A stretch of DNA of 64,000 bases from positions 224,001 through 288,000 of the IMG/VR virus record IMGVR_UViG_3300014204_013734, one strand, 5' to 3'. The stretch is from a virus. Lineage: Duplodnaviria; Caudoviricetes. Each line of letters begins with the position of its first letter. Position 1 is the first letter of the stretch. Of the stretch, positions 61,913 through 64,000 are shown piece by piece. The translations under genes and the position numbers were made by a program. Under the pieces are notes generated by a model, which made no database searches, was not told the origin of the DNA, and worked only from the letters and a program-made list of their open reading frames with translations.

Positions 61913-62275
61913 TCATCGTCCACAGACGAAACGTACGGGTTCGGGAACGGCATCGCTGGTAGTGGCAATTTGTGCCATGTTGCACATCTGGATCTTGATG
62001 GCCTGCCTTTGCAGGGTCAGGCTGTTAATCAGATTCGGATCGGTTGAACCTGCGATCCTAGATCCGAGTCCGGTCCAGTCCGAATACAAGGTGAGCATTT
62101 CCTGTGCCTTGCCTTCCGTGTACTGGAAGGAAGTCTTGGTGATGATTCGGTCCCCCCACAGGAATGCCGGTTTCGTGACCAGCAACACTGCGGACAGGAT
62201 GACGATAACCAGGATGGCCAGAAAGCCCAACCAGATGGCTTTTCCGGTGTACCACAGATCGTTTCCAATTGACAT
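61913..62275 (-). CDS. Single-pass membrane protein with a helical extracytoplasmic domain (120 aa)
   Basis: ATG 62275 after AAGGG. TM segment AIWLGFLAILVIVILSAVLLV. Confidence 0.7.
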   Translation of the reverse strand: MSIGNDLWYTGKAIWLGFLAILVIVILSAVLLVTKPAFLWGDRIITKTSFQYTEGKAQEMLTLYSDWTGLGSRIAGSTDPNLINSLTLQRQAIKIQMCNMAQIATTSDAVPEPVRFVCGR

Positions 62276-62318
62276 GTTTCTTTCCCTTTCTTTGGGTTGG
62301 TGCGTAATGGGGTGCCGG

Positions 62319-63413
62319 TTATTCTTCCGACATCCCCGAATCAAAGTTTTTCAGGCGTTCAGTGACCATCTCCGGTGTTATCATAACGGTCTTTGTTTCC
62401 ATTTCGGGGGCGTCAAACATCGTGTCTTGAAGCACCTCTTCCAGGAGGGCACGTAGACCCCTGGCGCCGACCTTTCGCTTGCCGGCAAATTCAGCTACTT
62501 CCAAGATTGCTTCTTGGGTGAAGTCAAGGGATACTCCTTGGATTTCCAGAATTTTCTTGTATTCCTTAACCAGGGAATCCGGCGGTTCTACGAGGATTCG
62601 GGCCAAGTCTTCGGGAGAAAGATGGTCCAGTTGGACCACTACAGGGAGACGGCCAAGGAGCTCGGCGATCATACCAGCTTCCACCAACTTGTCGTGGGTG
62701 ATCCGGCGAGCCGGTTTTCGGTTTTCCGTCACGTCAGCCCCGAATCCAAGACCCGACGCTGGGGTTTCTTCCCGGGCGTCCGTGAACGTACCAGCACATA
62801 TGAACAGGATGTTTGAGGTGTCTATTTCCACGAAGTCATGCTTGTTCCAGTGTTGTGTGACATTTACGGGCACAAAGATTTTCCGACCTTCAAGGAGCTT
62901 CAGGATGGATTGCTGAACCCCTTCCCCTCCGATGTCCCGGTTGCCTGCACCCGTGCGGGCGCCGCCCGTATTCAGTTCCAAGTACCACCGAAGGACCGCC
63001 GCGCGGTTCGGCAGGTCGTTTACATGAAACACAAACCCGATGTCCCAGGAAAGCTTCCCTTCCCATTCGGAAAGCTTCCGCCCGAAAGCGGGGATTTCGT
63101 TGTGGAGGAACCGAAGGACGGCAGTGATCCTCTGAAGTCCATCCACGAGGACGAATTCCCCTTCAAAGGACTTCATCCAACCAGTATGGTTGAACAGGAT
63201 GTCCTTGCCCGACTTCCCTCCTCGGAGGGCAAATTCAACATAGGCAACCTGTTGCGCCTCAGTCCAGACATGACCCCTTTGGAAATCAGGGTTCATCTGA
63301 AGGCCGTATGTTGAAATGTAGTCCTCAATATTGTGTTCTAAAGACCTCCAGTCAACATTGTGACTGTATGCCGCAGTCTGGGTGAACTGGGGGATTTCTG
63401 AAAATTTCTTCAT
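62319..63413 (-). CDS. Chimeric protein: DUF262 (ParB/GmrS-like) domain fused to the C-terminal half of a ClpX-like AAA+ ATPase (364 aa)
   Basis: N-part: PDFQRGHVW...LVDGLQRITA...ELNTGG. C-part: RDIGGEGVQQSILKLLEG, DTSNILFICAGTF, LGF, ELLGRLP, GARGLR. No Walker A or B. Likely start is ATG 63413 (AAGGA SD). Confidence 0.8.
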   Translation of the reverse strand: MKKFSEIPQFTQTAAYSHNVDWRSLEHNIEDYISTYGLQMNPDFQRGHVWTEAQQVAYVEFALRGGKSGKDILFNHTGWMKSFEGEFVLVDGLQRITAVLRFLHNEIPAFGRKLSEWEGKLSWDIGFVFHVNDLPNRAAVLRWYLELNTGGARTGAGNRDIGGEGVQQSILKLLEGRKIFVPVNVTQHWNKHDFVEIDTSNILFICAGTFTDAREETPASGLGFGADVTENRKPARRITHDKLVEAGMIAELLGRLPVVVQLDHLSPEDLARILVEPPDSLVKEYKKILEIQGVSLDFTQEAILEVAEFAGKRKVGARGLRALLEEVLQDTMFDAPEMETKTVMITPEMVTERLKNFDSGMSEE

Positions 63414-63522
63414 GGTGTTCCTTTCCTTCTTGTATAGACTACCGGAACGGAACTTTTTCCAAGCCGTCAATGGAAAGGTTTTGGAAAAAACCTTTAGGGG
63501 GCTTAAAGGTTTGGAGGAATCC

Positions 63523-64000
63523 ATGAATAAAAGTGAATTTTTGTATTTGATCAAGAATCCAGAGGGGTTAGGTTTTGATGTAGCCGTACTTCATGGGGAT
63601 CCCTCTCTTTTGCGGCATGCAAAGAACATTCGCCACTGGAATGACGAACACAGTGCAAAAAAATTCTTTGCTGGGTTGGTTGATCGTGTCAAAGCCATTC
63701 CTAAGTGGGTGATAAGACAGGGAGAAAGATTCGTTGAAACCGACGAAGATTGGAAGCCTCTCGGGGCACATTCCGCAGCAACAAAAATGTTCAAGATCAT
63801 CCTTACTCGGGAAAGAAAAGAACCTGAAATCAGTGAAGAAAATTTTCCAAAAGTAGAGGCAATTAGGGTAGCCAAAGACACGTTGGAAGCGTACCGGTTT
63901 CCAATGTCGGTCCAAGCCGACATCATTGACGAAGAAGGGGTACTGGTTGAACGTTTTTCCGGCGGTTGGCCAGACGGGAAGGTTCGTCGCATAGCCATTC
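63523..64000 (+). CDS. 3'-truncated hypothetical protein, absent from the supplied ORF track
   Basis: GGAGG SD, then ATG 63523 (MNKSEFLYLIKNPEGLGFDVAVLHG...), open for 159 codons to the window end. Confidence 0.7.
   Translation, partial: MNKSEFLYLIKNPEGLGFDVAVLHGDPSLLRHAKNIRHWNDEHSAKKFFAGLVDRVKAIPKWVIRQGERFVETDEDWKPLGAHSAATKMFKIILTRERKEPEISEENFPKVEAIRVAKDTLEAYRFPMSVQADIIDEEGVLVERFSGGWPDGKVRRIAI

Noticed and set aside
62319-62965. Calling this gene clpX or using it to assign the host
   Set aside because: Only half of the ATPase is present, and host assignment needs a phylogeny I cannot run.
63414-63554. 47-codon N-terminal extension of the DUF262-ClpX ORF, and a TTGACG -35 candidate in the same region
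   Set aside because: The extension overlaps the divergent gene and there is a better SD at 63413. No -10 element lies at the proper spacing.
63568-63998. Minus-strand ORFs 63568-63915 and 63591-63998
   Set aside because: They are shadows of the + strand gene starting at 63523, which has a clear SD.

Overview
This window is most likely part of a jumbo, myovirus-like phage genome. From the left edge to 61254 about 24 genes are tightly packed on the + strand. They form a very large baseplate and tail-appendage module: a gp5/VgrG-like spike, a gp25-like wedge, baseplate-J-like and gpI-like proteins, a tail-fibre anchor, two DUF6519-like paralogues, beta-helix tailspike-like proteins, and giant 2,100-3,900 aa proteins. 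A free-standing homing-type endonuclease plus one orphan gene interrupts the module. It ends with small lipoprotein and membrane genes and a strong intrinsic terminator at 61273-61308. Three convergent - strand genes follow: a membrane-anchored protein, a lipoprotein, and an in-frame chimera of a DUF262 domain with the C-terminal half of a ClpX ATPase. A divergent gene then runs off the right edge. I recognised no capsid, terminase, tRNA, rRNA or CRISPR sequence. The most unusual signals are: (1) the DUF262-half-ClpX fusion; (2) an inverted Trp:Tyr ratio with apparent Tyr-to-Trp swaps at conserved positions of virion proteins; (3) a recurring intergenic motif, TNA-N6-TATGG-N4-CCCTT, that may be a late promoter coupled to anti-SD hairpins; and (4) nested, reused domains across the tail proteins. 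All family assignments come from recognising motifs by eye, not from database searches.
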